Part shown: piece after piece, positions 9,950 to 23,866 of the stretch | How positions within the stretch are numbered: position 1 is the stretch's first letter | Layout: each line of letters begins with the position of its first letter | DNA from: Azolla caroliniana | Lineage: Eukaryota; Plantae; Polypodiophyta | Direction: 5' to 3' | Length of the DNA stretch: 64,000 nt | Assembly: GCA_043228905.1 (NCBI GenBank) | Contig: JBHGNT010000009.1 | Span: 13,764,001-13,828,000 of the forward strand | Translations under genes and position numbers: made by a program | Notes under the pieces: generated by a model | Told to the model about the DNA's origin: nothing | The model's input: the letters and a program-made list of their open reading frames with translations, nothing else | The model's database searches: none

Positions 9950-11100
9950 TGTCGTGAAGATTAGTTTAATATCTTGGTACAAAAAGATGGATGTCTTCAC
10001 GAGCTTCCGAATGTACTTTACTACATTTGAAACGTACAACTAAATGTCAAGTTATGTGAATGTGAAGTTTGAGAATAAGAAGAAAAAAACAAAACTATGA
10101 GATATCCCACATAGATAGGACAAATCAGGATCCCACGGTATATAAGCAGAGCCAGAACTTATTACTTTTTGTCTATGTGTGGAGCACAGAATCTTCTTGG
10201 GCTAAACTATGGCTTAACTATTCGTAATGGTTTTGGAGGACCGGACCGGATGGGCAGCGACGGAATCGGAACCGGAATTGGACGGACGACGACGGAACCG
10301 GAAAGGACAGACGGCGACGAAACCGAAACCACACCGGCGGACGACGCCGAACCGGAATTGAACAGGGATGGTGATCGAACCGGCACCGGAATCGGCACCA
10401 GAACCGGACCGCCTCACCGGGTCGGATGCGAACTGGATAGACCGATCAATCGGATAGGTTGATCGCGACGATTTTGGTGTGAAACGAACAAAATTATCTA
10501 AACTAAAAAACATAGTAAAAATTTGTATACAAAAGGATGCAAGCAAGGCTTGAACCTTGCACCTTCAAGATAGGAGGCAATAAACTTACCACTAAGCCAA
10601 GTCATTTCTCTAGAAATATTTTTTATATCATTATACTTTCACATGTAAATTCTTATATTAGAGCTTGAATGAGCGACATGGTTATCATGCATCACATGTA
10701 ATGCATGAGCGCCAAATGGCAAACATACATCACATGCATTCCATGCATTGTATGCATGTCTTGTACCCTCACATGTATCATATGCATGGGGGCATCTATA
10801 AAAGAGTGGATGAAAAAAATCAAAAGTAGCGATGTATGAATCAAGAATTTAATAAGAAGAAAATTCTTTATCGAATTGATGATATATCTTGTTCTTCAAA
10901 TTTAAAGTCAAGAGTTCAATCTTAATCTCTCTCTCCATTTCAATCTTTCTCAATTTGTTTCAAAATTGGAATCTCAATCTCAATCTCTCTGTTTCAAAAT
11001 ACTTTCTCGCTAGAGCTAGTGGAAACTTTGAATCCTGCCGGTCCAAAACCTCGGCGGTTCCGCCTCACGATCCACACGTAGTGACAGATTTTTCACGACA
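9950..11100 (+). mobile_element. Solo LTR, family A (related to the LTRs at 34253 and 43512)
   Basis: Termini TGTCGTGAAGAT...TTTTCACGACA. 4-bp TSD ACGT/ATGT. The host frame is restored on removal (..IVEDM|LLQTN..). Confidence 0.85.
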
Positions 11101-11299
11101 ATGTCTTCAACTATTCCAATGGCCTTTCTCATACATTCATCTTCATCATAAATTTTCTCAGTTACCACTAAGGAATGACCATGTACTTTGGAATTTGCAG
11201 CAGACTTTGTACGTAGTAGCGCGGGGGCTGGTTGGTCAGTTACCTTCCTTGGTGTGGTGTTGCTTGATACTACAACATTCATATTATAATCGTACATTA

Positions 11300-12240
11300 G
11301 TTCTAACTACAATGTTACAAATATTATCAGTACTGAATCAAGTGGACATTTAAGACCTTAAGTACTAAAAAATCAGTCTTGTTCCAACTAATCACCAGGG
11401 AATACACATGTAACAGTAATATTAGTACTAAAACAACAAAGAGGAACTTGAGGACACAATACAGAACCATCTGGACATGTTGTCGATATTTGTTCGGTAC
11501 TAAACAAAAGACCTACATGCCTATTTGTTCGGTCATCCAGAGCCTATTTGTTTGGTTCTCCTATTTGTTAGTACACATACAAGTGATACAACTAAACATT
11601 TAAGACGTTCGGTACTAAATCAACTCAACACCAAGGGATACAATGTAATCAGTAATGTTAGTACTAAAACATCAATCAAGGAACTTGAGAGAACAATATT
11701 GAACCACTTGCACATGCATATTAAAGCGTGGTATTGACCAATGTTATTACTAAACAACCAAGACCTTCATGCGTATTTGTTCGGTCATCCTGAGCCTAAC
11801 TTGAGTGGACACAAAACGTACAATGTAATGGACAGTGTTAGTACTTATACAAGTTATACAACGAATCAATTAAGACATTTAGTACTAAATAATCAGTTTG
11901 GAATCAACTGATCACCAAGGAATACAATGAAATCAGTAATGTTAGTACCTAATCCTCCAACAAGGAACTTGAGGGAACATTACACAACCACCTGGACATG
12001 CATATTTCATGTAATGAACAATGTTAGTACTAAAAAACCTAGACCTTCATGCCTATTTGTTCGGTCATCCAGAGCCTAAGCCAAGTGGACATAGAAAGTA
12101 CAATGTAATGAATAATGTTAGTGCACATGCAAGTTATACAACTAAACATTTAAGATCCTCAATACTAAATAAGATTCACATTGTCAACTGATCACCAAGG
12201 AATACAATGTAATCAGTAATGTTAGTACTGAATCATGTAA
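11300..12240. repeat. Intronic tandem repeat, unit about 250-280 bp, about 3.5 copies
   Basis: TTGTTCGGTCATCC(A/T)GAGCCT recurs near 11525, 11777 and 12057; rich in TAGTACTAA. Confidence 0.75.
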
Positions 12241-12909
12241 AAATGATCTTGTAGGAACAATACTCATTGGTATAAGACCAGAACCAAATGTTAAAATTAT
12301 AAAAGCATAGTATAAAAATTACATATGTTCTTAATCACATACCATAGAAATGTACTTTCAAACCCCAAGTTAAGTACCATTCGGCTCCACCTGTACTTTT
12401 ACAGTGTAAACATATATTTTCTTTCGCAAAATGGTACTTAGCGCATAAACAATGATATGTGTGCAAGCATGGTGTAATGATAGCATCCATGGCCTCAAAC
12501 TTGAATCCAAGGCCACAGAATACACACCTTCAAATACGAGACATAACATACACTATATTAGCAACAATGATATTTGATACAATAGAAGGTCAACTTGTAA
12601 AAATATAAACCATTACCTTGATACAATAATTCTTGTAATGGTACTTTCATTGCAAGTGGGATGCTCAACTACTTCTGGCCATAGAGGATCTAATCCTTTA
12701 TCTTTTAGACCCTTCATCAAACATGTCAAGTTCTTAGAGTGACTTTTTAAGGCTGATAACTTATCATCAATTTCAGAACGAGATGACCTACATGTCTCCA
12801 GATCTTTCTTCTTTCTTCCCAGTTGAGTGCCCATATTTGTCAGCTCCTTCAACTCCTCTTTCAACACATCGCTTTCTGAATGTTGGATTGTTGTTGTTAT
12901 CCATTTGTA

Positions 12910-13577
12910 TGTGATGAAGAGAGAAAGAAAAAAGATAGAGAAGAGAAGAGGAAGAAAAAAAGAATACTTCAATATACCATTAAGAAAAGAATACAATACT
13001 CTTATGCTCCAAGAGTAACAACCCCAAATAAGTACTGCAATATGCTATTACTAAAATAATCTTTCCATCTTCTTCTACTAATCGTCTTCTCACTTATTCT
13101 AATCTTCTTCTTCTTCCTCACTTCTTCTTGTAGATCTTCTATTCCTCCTTCCTTCGTAACTATTCTATTCCCCCCTCATCTCCCCAATTGCTAAGAATAC
13201 CCTCATACTTATAAGTTTTTAGTTGTGTTATTCTTGCTTTTTCTTTTCTTTTCTTTTACATATCCTCGAGTTTGTGTGGTGTGGTTTGCATATCATTATT
13301 TCTGGCTTTTCATCCAAATTTGTCACCAAGAAACTCTCTTTGTCAGCTTTCTTATGAATATTTTCTTTTGAAATTTGGATAAGAGATGAAGAAGTTATGA
13401 GCTTTTTTCTCTACCTTGCTTTTTCTGCTTAATTTCTTGCGTTTTTCTTTTTTTTCTTTTATTCTGCTTTTTCTACTTTTGAAAAATGCCTCTAATTGTA
13501 TTTCTCTTCAATTTCATTTATCTTTTAACTCTTGAACCTTTCATATTGTGCATTATTCTTCTATACCTTCGCATCCA
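12910..13577. mobile_element. Probable solo LTR inserted in the RING gene
   Basis: TG...CA ends, TSD TTGTA/ATGTA, and removal joins ..DRDK|YKWIT.. Confidence 0.6.
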
Positions 13578-15719
13578 ATGTATTTGTCGCGGTCTTTTCC
13601 TATGAGCAAAAATCGACTTCACAGTATGTATTCGATATAGATGTGAATTGTTTCTCTACCGCCATCTCACTAGATGAAACTTCTTCCAAATCGGTGAGCA
13701 GTGCTTGCATTCTTGTTTGCATGGAAGCAATGCAACGCAACAATCGATGTTCATGCTTTTCTGTTAGTGTAGCTCTTTCTTTTGCAATCTGTTTAGTCAA
13801 CATATATGTCCTAGCTAGGATTTCAATGTGAGAGGTACCCTCAGACTTCATAGTAGTGTTGGTACTTGAGGATCCTCTATAATGTGATGATCGATGATGA
13901 GCAAAATCTTCCCAAACAACTTCAATGCCACCATGGAGTTCAGAGGCAAATGCACGTGCAAAAACAGTTCCTACCTCATTGTTTAGGATATGTTTTATAT
14001 CATAAACTTGTTCATATCGTGACTTTAGTTCAGTGATATAATCCTTCTTCAATTGAGTGAGGTAAAAACCTCTCCTTGTCTCCGGTTGTGATGAGCCCCA
14101 TGTTTTGATCACCCACATGTCTAGGTCTTCATTAGTGTCAGGTCGTGCACGAAGGAAATATCCCCATCCTAACTTTCTACCTCGAAGGATGTTTGCGAAC
14201 ATCTTCTTGCCTAAGATGTTGACAACTTAAACCTCCCTCTGGTGGGGGTCATCTTAATTTCTTTGATGGGGGTCCTTTTTCTTTCCTTGCATGGTGTGTT
14301 GACATTTTCTTTGACCATTTTCTTCTTCGTGGGTGTCTTCCTTGTCATTTGAGTCCTATCTGTCTTCTTCACCTCACACACAGAATAATAGTAAATAACA
14401 ATTGATCAATCACAACTGTCTTTTTTCATCATATGATTAAATCACGCATAATAAGAATAAAAATGAGATATAACAACCCTAAACATACTTCAAGTTGGCT
14501 CAAACACAAGATTCATGCATGTACAAGTCTCTTTTGAAAGTGCACATAGGAGGAAAGACAAAAACATCAATAACAAAGATAAAACCTACAACATAATGTT
14601 AACTCCCGATACACAACATATACATGCTAAACCATGGAAAATCATTGCAACGTACCATCATAGAACCATCTTCCAATATGTCAACATGTACCAAATTCTA
14701 AATCATGCAATAAATGACATATGCATGTAAAACACTCTCAATTTCTAGCATATGCATGTACAAGTGTCTCAAATGATCAAGGGAGAACAACACAAACAAT
14801 AACAACAAAAACCTAACATGTAGTAGAATGTGAAGGAAAGCCTAAAGCATGATTACCTTTTCAGATGTCGTTAGGGTTGCAGATAGTAGATTTACCTTTC
14901 TGAAGTCCTTGCAGAGGGGCCACGTTTGAAGCATGGGTTGCAAGCAAACGGACACACCAGGTAGAGGGAACCCAAGGACTTGAGAACACTTGGAGGTAGA
15001 GCAAAGCAGAGGTCACAGCCAACAGAGGGGACACGGCCAACAGAGCAGAGGTCGATGTCATTAGGACACGGTGTGCACAGAACACCTAACAGTGAGGGAG
15101 AACAAGGTCAACAGAGGGAGAGAGAACATGGCCAACCCTAGAGAGGTTGAAAGACCTATGTAGAAGGTGGAAGAGAGACAGAGAGGGGGAGAGGAGGTAT
15201 GAATGACGAGCAATGACACACTTGGAGTCTGCAGAGACCTGTACAGAAGGTGGAAGAGAGACGGAGAGGGGGAGAAGAGGTACGAACCTCGGGAATCAGT
15301 GAGTTGAAGGGGGAAGGAGAGAGAGAGAGGGAGAGAGACTAACTGACTAACTGACAGTTCAAGATGAACATATGTGCCAAGAGCGAGAGCGAGAGAGAGA
15401 CATACTTACTATATTCATAATTGAGTGACTACTCAAGATCTTGTACAGTTAAGATCTTCGTACAACATTACCTAGGACTCTAACCCAACAACCTCAAATG
15501 AAATGGACAGTTGAACACAAACATAAGTTATAATTGTGGAAGGATGTGTAATGTTTTTTTCATATTTGAAATCCATTTTCATTGAATGTGACTTTTAATT
15601 TTAGCACAAAATATGGTCAACATTTTTAACCCAAATATTGGATTATTTTTCTTTCCTCCTCATCGAATTAGTACTAAAATTTTGGCCAAAAGTTGGTACA
15701 CTGCAACGTGCTTTCACCC

Positions 15720-18192
15720 TTAGCATAATAAGTAGTAGCAATTTGTACAATTTCTGTCTCATCTTCTGTTAAGGAGCCATCTTCTCTCTATTAGTTGTTT
15801 AATCCCTACTGCCGACCATTTCCGTGGAACTACGGAAAAAAATGTCTTGTTTACTCAGTCGCCTACTTGTGTCCATTTTGAAGCTGAAGCTTGATATTGA
15901 AATTGTAAAGTGATGTCCTCGATATTTTTGAATTCCCATTTTGCATTATGTAAAACATTTGTTCATTCACACAATGGATCCCTTTCTTGAAAATGTTGCA
16001 ATGATGTCAAGACGCGATGCATATTGATAATTTTCTACGCATATCTTTCCCTTTTCCCCTATGCCCAAGAGATTAAGAAACTACTAATATTTGATATTGC
16101 CAAGGCCACATTATCTTCCACTTTTCCAATTTGCAATAAAGTTTGTCTCCATATATACATAACTTTTTCAGTAATTATGAATTTTGTAAACAATTCCGGT
16201 GGAATCCTTAATCTCCCTTGTTGCTTAAGTTTTTTCCCATCATTAAGTTGTAATACAACTGGGGCATGATTGGAGAAAGTCGTATCTGGATAAATGTCAA
16301 CACTCCCTCCTATCTCCGCAAATAAATCATCAACATAAATCCTATCAATTTTTGAAAGATTTGCCCCATTTAATCTTCTATCAAACCTAGAAAACAGTAA
16401 AGAATTATGCAATTTTCCAAAGGATGGTAAATGCCAAACATCCAACAACTGTCTACTTATAGTAAATTTTTTCCATGCGGATAATTCTAAACCATGCACT
16501 TTTGCTCCACCTTCACCACTCCTATCCTCAGGATCCTCAATCATATTAAAATCTCTTGCTATACACCAATGATCTACAATTGGCAATGAACTATCCAATT
16601 CAATCCACATCTTTAATCGTTCTCTAGAATAATTAGGAGTGCTACAAATTCAGGAAGCCAACCTTTTAATTATCAAATTTCATGAGAACATATTGTGCTC
16701 TTCCTAAGAACAAATTTCCTACATCCAACATCTTTACTTGCCATATATCACGAATAGCCATACATAATCCACCTTGAAATTGTGTTGATCCATATCCTGG
16801 AACCCACAACATTTCCCAGTTTCCAGGCAGTAATGAACCATAGAGTTTAGTATGCCTTTCATTTAAATGATGTTCTTGTAACATCACTATGTCCACTTGT
16901 CCAATTATACATTTATGCAACTCTTGTCGAAATCTCCGTTTATATTGTTTACATAAGGATCCCCTAAGACCCTGAACATTCCAAGAAATAATCTTCATAT
17001 TTACACAAATTTGGACAATAATCTTTTTTCTTTCAAACATCAATTCCTGTCTTCTTGAGACATATCTTGAGACTTAATCATTCTTCTAAAAGAGATGTGG
17101 TCTTTACCAAATGCATTAGTCTACTTATGTACTCTCTGAATGGAAATCTTACTATCACTTCCTTGAAAATGTTCAACTAATGATTTCGTGGAAGTTCTCC
17201 AATCATTAGTATCCTTCATGAAAGGATTATGATCCTTCGGCAAATGCTTGGACATGGATCTTGTCCACCTTCCTTCAAATGAAGGCAAGGGTCCAATGTC
17301 AACTACCCGATTTTTAGTTTGTAGTTCCCCTACAATCTCTTGTTCCATTCATTGTTTCCAATACATTAATCGGAATGATAGCATTCTCAGCATATAAAAC
17401 CATTTCACGACTACGTCCTTCCTGATGTTCTTTATTATATACTTGAACATTAAGTTTATGATCATTTGGTCTTGATTGTATTCCATCCACAATCTCCTTG
17501 CTAGGGCGCCTATTGCGAGGTACTTCCATATTTCCCAAATCTTCAATCATTTGAGTTTGTCCATCTTCTACGTTGCTTAACAAACCTTAGGTTGCCATTT
17601 GAATTTACCAAGACTTGTTTGCGGCTCATCATTTACAACATGTATCGGCCCTTTCCTTGACAAGGAACATTCTTTAGCTAAATGTCCCATTATTTTACAT
17701 AAAAAACATTGATTTGGTAACCCAACATATAATTTTTTTTGTTTCTTTCCACAGCCCCCATTTTCCAAACAAGGTAATTTCACATATTCCGACAACGGTT
17801 TTCCTCTAGTACATAATAATTTAATTGTTGATATTCCAAATATTTGTGCGTCTTTGTTATGTATATAGGCATCTGATACAACTCCAATTAAACCCCCTAA
17901 TTGATGCAATAGATGATGACATTCCATAGGCAATCCCAGAAAACTCAAGTTAAAACTAAAAAATCATGTTGGGTCTCTCTGATAGGGTCAAAACCATGTT
18001 TCCATTCCTGAAATTTAACCCATGCTCCTTGTATATCAACAAATGTCATAGCAAGTAATACTTGCACAGATGCCTCATCTTGAAACTCCACATGATAATA
18101 GCCTCTTCCTAGAAATTGCACATCTTCAATATGACCAATTTTAGCCTGCAATCGTGCCTATAGCAAATGCGTCTCTTGACGATTAGGCATCC
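15720..18192 (-). mobile_element. L1-type LINE fragment (ORF1 with CCHC knuckle; ORF2 AP-endonuclease), degenerate
   Basis: CFLCKIMGHLAKEC; MKIISWNVQGL, MLQEHH, ARDFN, SKIDRIY, FSNHAPV; many stops. Confidence 0.9.
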
Positions 18193-20764
18193 TAAAGACG
18201 GGGTTCATACGACCAGTTAAACAAGCGACATGGTTAAGCCGATAGTGGTCTTCCCAAAGAAAAACGGCAAAATACGGGTATGCGTAGATTACCGAAAATT
18301 AAACGTCGTAACCATTACGAACGCATTTCCCTTACCCTTCACCGATAGCGTACTGGACGCCGTTGTAGGTCATGAGATGTACAGTTTTTTAGATGGCTTC
18401 AGTGGCTATAACCAGGTACGCATGCATCCCGAGGACCAAGAAAAGACGGCATTTGTCACGGACTAGGGAGTATATGTGGCAGTCGTCATGATGTTCGGGC
18501 TAAAGACAGCACCGACAACATTTCAACGGACAATCACGGAGATCTTTGGGGAATATATTCCGGCGTTCATGCAAGTTTTTTTAGACGACTTTGCGGTATA
18601 TGGGAGAACAATAGACCATTTTACGCACTTACAACTGTGCCTAGAACGTTGTCGCACCGCACGCTTAAGCTTGAATCCCGCGAAATGTGCTTTCGGCGTG
18701 ACCAACGGGACTCTCCTAGGCCATATAGTCAGCAAGGAGGGAATAACAGTTGATCCAAACAAGATCTCCGCGATTACGCAAGCCAAAACTCCGACAAACA
18801 CCAAATCGCTCAGCCGGTTTTTAGGACAAATACGGTGGCATAGTCAGATGATACGGTATTTGGCGGACTTCGCCACGCCATTACATGCTACCGTACATCG
18901 GACTCCTTTCCACTGGATTGCAACGGAGGATAAGGCCTATGAGGCACTTAAGATAATGCTCACATAGGCTCCCGTCGTACAACCACCAATTTGGGCGAAG
19001 CCATTCCACGTGTTCGTGGACGCCTCGGACATAGCAATAGGAAGTGCACTAATGCAGCTCACCGAACCAAACTAGTATCAGCCAGTATACTACGCTAGTC
19101 GCAAATTATCAACAACAGAGCGGAACTATTCCACAACAAAGCGGGAGGCACTAGGGATGATCTATAGCATCAATAAATTCCGGCATTATTTATTAGGAAG
19201 GAAATTCACGTTCCACATGGATCATTCGGCGCTGCTGTATCTGGTGGAGAAACAAGCCCTGACGGAGAAATTGGCATAGTGGATGTTGCTGCTCCAGGAA
19301 TGCGATTTCGTAATCCAGCACCGACTAGGGACGCAACATGCAGTCACAGATTTCTTGAGCAGACTCGAGAATGGAGAAACAGTACAGAAAGATGACGACG
19401 ATTTTCCAGACGGCGATATGCTGCGGGTAGCAACACTAGCAGAAAGAACGGAATCGACCTTTCTGGACCGGTGGCTTATGGAAATGACGTACTTTTTGAC
19501 TACGGTATTGCCCCCACCACAATTATGCACGGACGAGAAGAAACGACTAGCCGTCCGAAGCCGTCACTTCTGCCTCGTCGAAGGCGTTTTATATCACAAA
19601 GGAAGTGATGGCATTTGGTGACGTGGGGTACGTCAGGATGAAAAGGAAGCAGTTTTACGGGAGGCACACTGCGGCATGGCAGGCGGCCATTACGCGGGCA
19701 ACGTTACAGCCCGGAAAGTATGGCAGGCGGGCTTATCGTGGCCAACAACGCAGAAGGACACATCAGATTTGTGTCAACGGATGGGCCAGCCCGCAGAGGG
19801 CGCAAGGATGCCACACCAGCCCGTATTACCGCTAGACCCCTTCCAAAAGTGGGGATTGGATTTTGTGGGGCCCTTCACACCAGTGGCAGCCTGTACGGGC
19901 AATAAATACATATTGCTAGCCACGGATTATTGCACCAAGTGGGTAGAAGCAAAGGCACTACGGGAAAATACGGTGGCCGTCATAGCTAGAGTCCTTTACG
20001 AACACATCTGGTGTCGGTTCTGCTGTCTGATCGAGCTGATCAGTGACCAGGGGAGTCAATTTCTCAATACGGTGGTTCGGGAACTAACACATCATTACGC
20101 CATAGTCCATAAGAAGAGTACGCCATATTATTCGCAAGCGAATGGATTAGCAGAATCCACCAACAAGACGTTGCAGACCATTTTGAAGAAAATCGTCAAT
20201 GAAAATAGAACAGACTAGGATACTAAATTACAGAGTGCGTTATGGGCGTACAGAACCAGCTACAAAATAAGCATACAGTCAACACCGTTTCGACTAGTGT
20301 TTGGGTTGGAGGTTGTCATGCCGGTCAAATTTCAGATACCCAGTTTGCGAATTCAGGTACAGAACCAACTATCAGAAGCCAAGTCGGAGGAGGTACGGCT
20401 CCACCAACTCCTCAAACTCGGGGAAAAATGCGTACACAGCATGGCTGTGTTGGAGCAGGAACAACGACGATGTAAAGCGTTTATGGATCGACACCGGAAC
20501 GCAAAGGAAAAGGAGTTCGCCGTGGGTCGAGCGGTGCTGGTTTTCCAAACTCGCATGGGCCATATGCCAGGGAAGTTATGATTCCGTTGGACCGGCCCAT
20601 ACTGGATAATTGAAGCGGAACAAGGCACGTTCCAACTAGGTACGCTGGCCGGGGAAGTAGTACGGCAAAAGGTGAATGGGTTTCGCCTCAAACCTTACCT
20701 GGGCCCTACGCCACCTAACCCATTCACCGCCGAACAAGACAGAGTCGTAGAACCCGCACCGTAA
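18193..20764 (+). pseudogene. Gypsy pol remnant (RT, RNase H, integrase, GPY/F)
   Basis: ORF pieces at 18230, 18476, 19283, 19676 and 20297, separated by stops and frameshifts. Confidence 0.9.
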
Positions 20765-20911
20765 ATGAGCGGCCCCACTTGTACCATAATGTAAAAATAG
20801 GTTGTAGATAACCGTTACGGAAAAAAAGAAAAAAAAGAAGGAGAAGATAGCGACTATTAAAACGACTAAAGGCATGCACAAAATCCTAGTTCAAGAACAC
20901 GCGGCACCACG

Positions 20912-23866
20912 ATGGCTCACCGCCCAATGAACCCAAAGCCAGAAAAGGAAGGAAATAGAAGATTTTCTACACAAAACAGAAACCCATCTTCTAGCTATCA
21001 ACGCTCCCATCGCTGCTCCACCTCACCTTCTCCTCCATCCTATCACAGAGCTTCGGCCGACCGCAACCACCAATCTCCTTCCCACGAACCTCCTCTGGCG
21101 ATGCCGATCTTCATCTCTACTGCCTTATGCCGATGGCTCGTGGAGAAACGCCTAGATGGGTACATCCAGGTCGCAGAAGCACCCCCACACCCGGATGCCA
21201 TGGACATCGCCAGGAAGCTTAACATCGACACGGTCACCAACTCCTCCATCCGGAAGAAGTTGGACCTGTCATCGCTAGGCGAAAGGCATTTCAAAATCCC
21301 TCCTGCAGAGGAGCTGCAACGATATTTCGGGCCATATTCCTCCTCCGCCAAGGCCTATAGAACGAAGCAGATTCCGGATCCCTTCTTCCGTGAAGTTGCC
21401 AAGTTCCTGCTAGAAGTCAGTTGTGTACATGTCAATGCATATGGGATGCCGAAGCAGAAGGCGGGCATCATTATCGATACCTTTGAAGGGCGTGCGGTGG
21501 ATTGGGGGGTCATCACAGGGCCGACGTTAAAGGAAGGCCTGCACGCGTATCAGGCAGGCAAAAAGCTCAGGCCGATCATACAACAATACCTTACGATACT
21601 ATTCCCACCCCGAGGCCTGCCGGCACCGCAGCCCAGCCGACCCACGCCCCCGCCCCGATCCGCGAAACACAGGTTAGCGGAGTTTGTGGCCCTAGAGTGG
21701 GAAGAGGAACCCCAACCCGCCCAGCCAGACCCGAGGACAACAACTACCGACCAGCCGGACACACGGATAACACAGGAGGAACAACTGGCAAGTTCCGTGG
21801 AAGCAGCCCCAGAGCCAGACACCGAAACACGACAGGATAGCCCCAGACCGAAACGGCGTAGATTGGACAGGAAAGATGGGTGGGGGTTGGTCAAAGATGT
21901 CCCCACGGCGACAGAGACACCGAACGAAGGCGATCGCTCCGCAACTACGAAACCCAATACCACCTTCGAAATCATCCGAGAGCCACAGCCTATCATTATG
22001 ACCCAGTCCCAACGAGGGAAAGCCATATTGACGGCGGAAAGCGAGGTTTTGGCATATCCGGATATCCCGGATATGACCCATGAGTTCAGCGCCCTCTTAC
22101 AGTTTGGAACTTCTTTCGAGCTCATGGAATTCCTTGCAACACAATAGGTCAAAGCCTCCCAATGAATGGCCGAAGAGCACGCGAAACGCCAGATGATAGA
22201 GCGCGCCCTAACACAAACGGCGAAGAGCGACGATGAGGACCGGTTAGCCAGGGTCGACAAATAAAGGAACGTCGGGGTACGCCGAGTGGGGATGGAGATA
22301 CCCCCATGAAACACAGCCCTAGTTGAAGTCCATAGGGAACTGGCAAAGGTCAGCACAGGTGCCAAGGAGATGGCCATTAAAAATCAGAACGTTTGGAAGA
22401 AGGTGAAACTCACCCAAGCCGAACTTGAAAAAGCCAACGAACGCATCGCGGAGTTGGAAGCTAACGCGACTACGGCGCAACACGCAGCTCCGCCACCAAA
22501 CCACGACATGGACGCTTTAAAGGAAGAAATTGAGGCTCAGACCGCCATCGCCTCAAAAGTGAAAAGGGCCGTGCAACTAGCGGAATCAGAAATTGACCGC
22601 CTTTGAGCTGAACTATGCCAATCCTCAGACAGAGAAAAGGAGATACGGGCTAACGGCTGGAAGGCCGTAAAAACCCTTCAAGAGAAACTCGCTACGGAGG
22701 TAGCTCAGCACATCCAGACAAAAGACGAAAATGCCCAATTACGGGAGGACGCGAAGAAATCAGAGGCGGCAATCGCGGGACTCTGGGCCTTATTAGAGAA
22801 AAAGAATGTATGGTTCGACGAGCAACTGGTGGTTGAACAAGAAAGAAAGCATCACCTCGAAATCCGCCTAAACAATGAAATGGAGAAATTAGAAGAACAA
22901 CATGCAAAGGAAGCACAACTGTGGGCGGTCCTGAAGGCCACGTACGAAGAAGCGGCGTCGGTTAAACAACAAGAAATTGCAAACCTCCAGAAGTCAATGG
23001 AGGACGCACGCAACTGTTGCCAGGCTATCATAGATAATGTGCGTATCCTTCTGAAAAAAAATCAGGAGAGGTTTACAACGCAATTGAAAACGGCATTGGA
23101 CAGAGGATGGATGGTGTGGGCAACCCAAGCAACGGAATTGCACGCGTATCATGCGGACTGGGAGAACCGGCGAAAAGATGGCCGAGGGTTCTATAAACTA
23201 AATGAGGAGAGCATTGCGAGCGTACGAGAGGGTCTAGCACAAGACTATCGTGCGCTAGCGGACCAACACTCCAAAGAACTCGCGCAGCTCTTAGATGATT
23301 TTGGTGAAAGCCAGGAGGAGCTATTTCACCAGATCACACAAGCCGGCAACACACGAACAAACGAGGAATCCAGCGCGACACCAATTCTGGGCACGGCCGA
23401 AGAAGAGGAACCTCAGGCCCGATCACCAGAAGTTACAACGACGGTGAACAGCGCGAACCGACGAGCGGAGTCCCCCACAGTACCAGACAACGAAACTACT
23501 GCCCAAGAGGAGGTTCATCCACATGAACCCACGCTATCATCGGACCACACGGAGAACAGTGCGGGCCAGGTGGAATCACCGCCAGACTCCCCGGTACGTA
23601 CAAAGACGGCCAACACCACAGAGGAAGTAATTATTGAGACAGAATCGCGACCGACTGCAAGCACGACGACGGCGGAGCCCAACCCACTAGCTCAAGAAGA
23701 GCCCACCGTACCCGGACCGCCCACACACGACGACTGTGACACCAGGAGAAACTAGTCCGACCAAACAGGAGAGCCACACCACGATGCACCTACGGGCCCT
23801 ACGTCGCCTCCGGACGCGGACGCCAGAGCAGAGCCAAACATCCGGGCCATTTTGGAAGAGGATTAA
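20912..23866 (+). pseudogene. Extra ORF downstream of pol, about 984 codons, with coiled-coil and acidic regions
   Basis: ORFs 20912, 22370 and 22829 share one frame, broken by in-frame stops. The QFGTSxEL motif is shared with 56856-58375. Confidence 0.75.

Larger units (their letters stand above)
1397..15085 (-). pseudogene. Multi-exon cargo gene: unknown N-terminus, coiled-coil, RING-H2 finger, acidic QEEE-repeat C-terminus; interrupted by three insertions
   Basis: Exon 12527-12343 reads RCVFC...TPCLHTYHCLC...ICLHC and splices in phase to the exon ending at 12617. The frame is continuous across the empty sites of the 2352-9761 and 9950-11100 insertions. Other pieces: 14202-13600, 11297-11101, 2351-1397. 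Contains stops and frameshifts. Confidence 0.65.
1..15719 (+). mobile_element. Degenerate Sola2-like DNA transposon; left part lies outside the window; hosts several nested insertions
   Basis: Transposase remnants at 1-1396, a convergent multi-exon cargo gene, and the same TAGTACTA motif in the introns of both genes. L1 homology stops at about 15720, where this sequence ends ...TTTCACCC (GGG on the minus strand), compatible with the GRG/CYC termini I recall for Sola2. The right boundary is inferred. Confidence 0.5.

Noticed and set aside
10169-10546. GC-rich ORFs with GT/PE repeats
   Set aside because: They arise from ACCGGA-type repeats within a solo LTR
21550-22377. Long antisense ORFs here and opposite other gag-pol regions
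   Set aside because: Shadow frames of GC-rich coding sequence with no recognisable motifs
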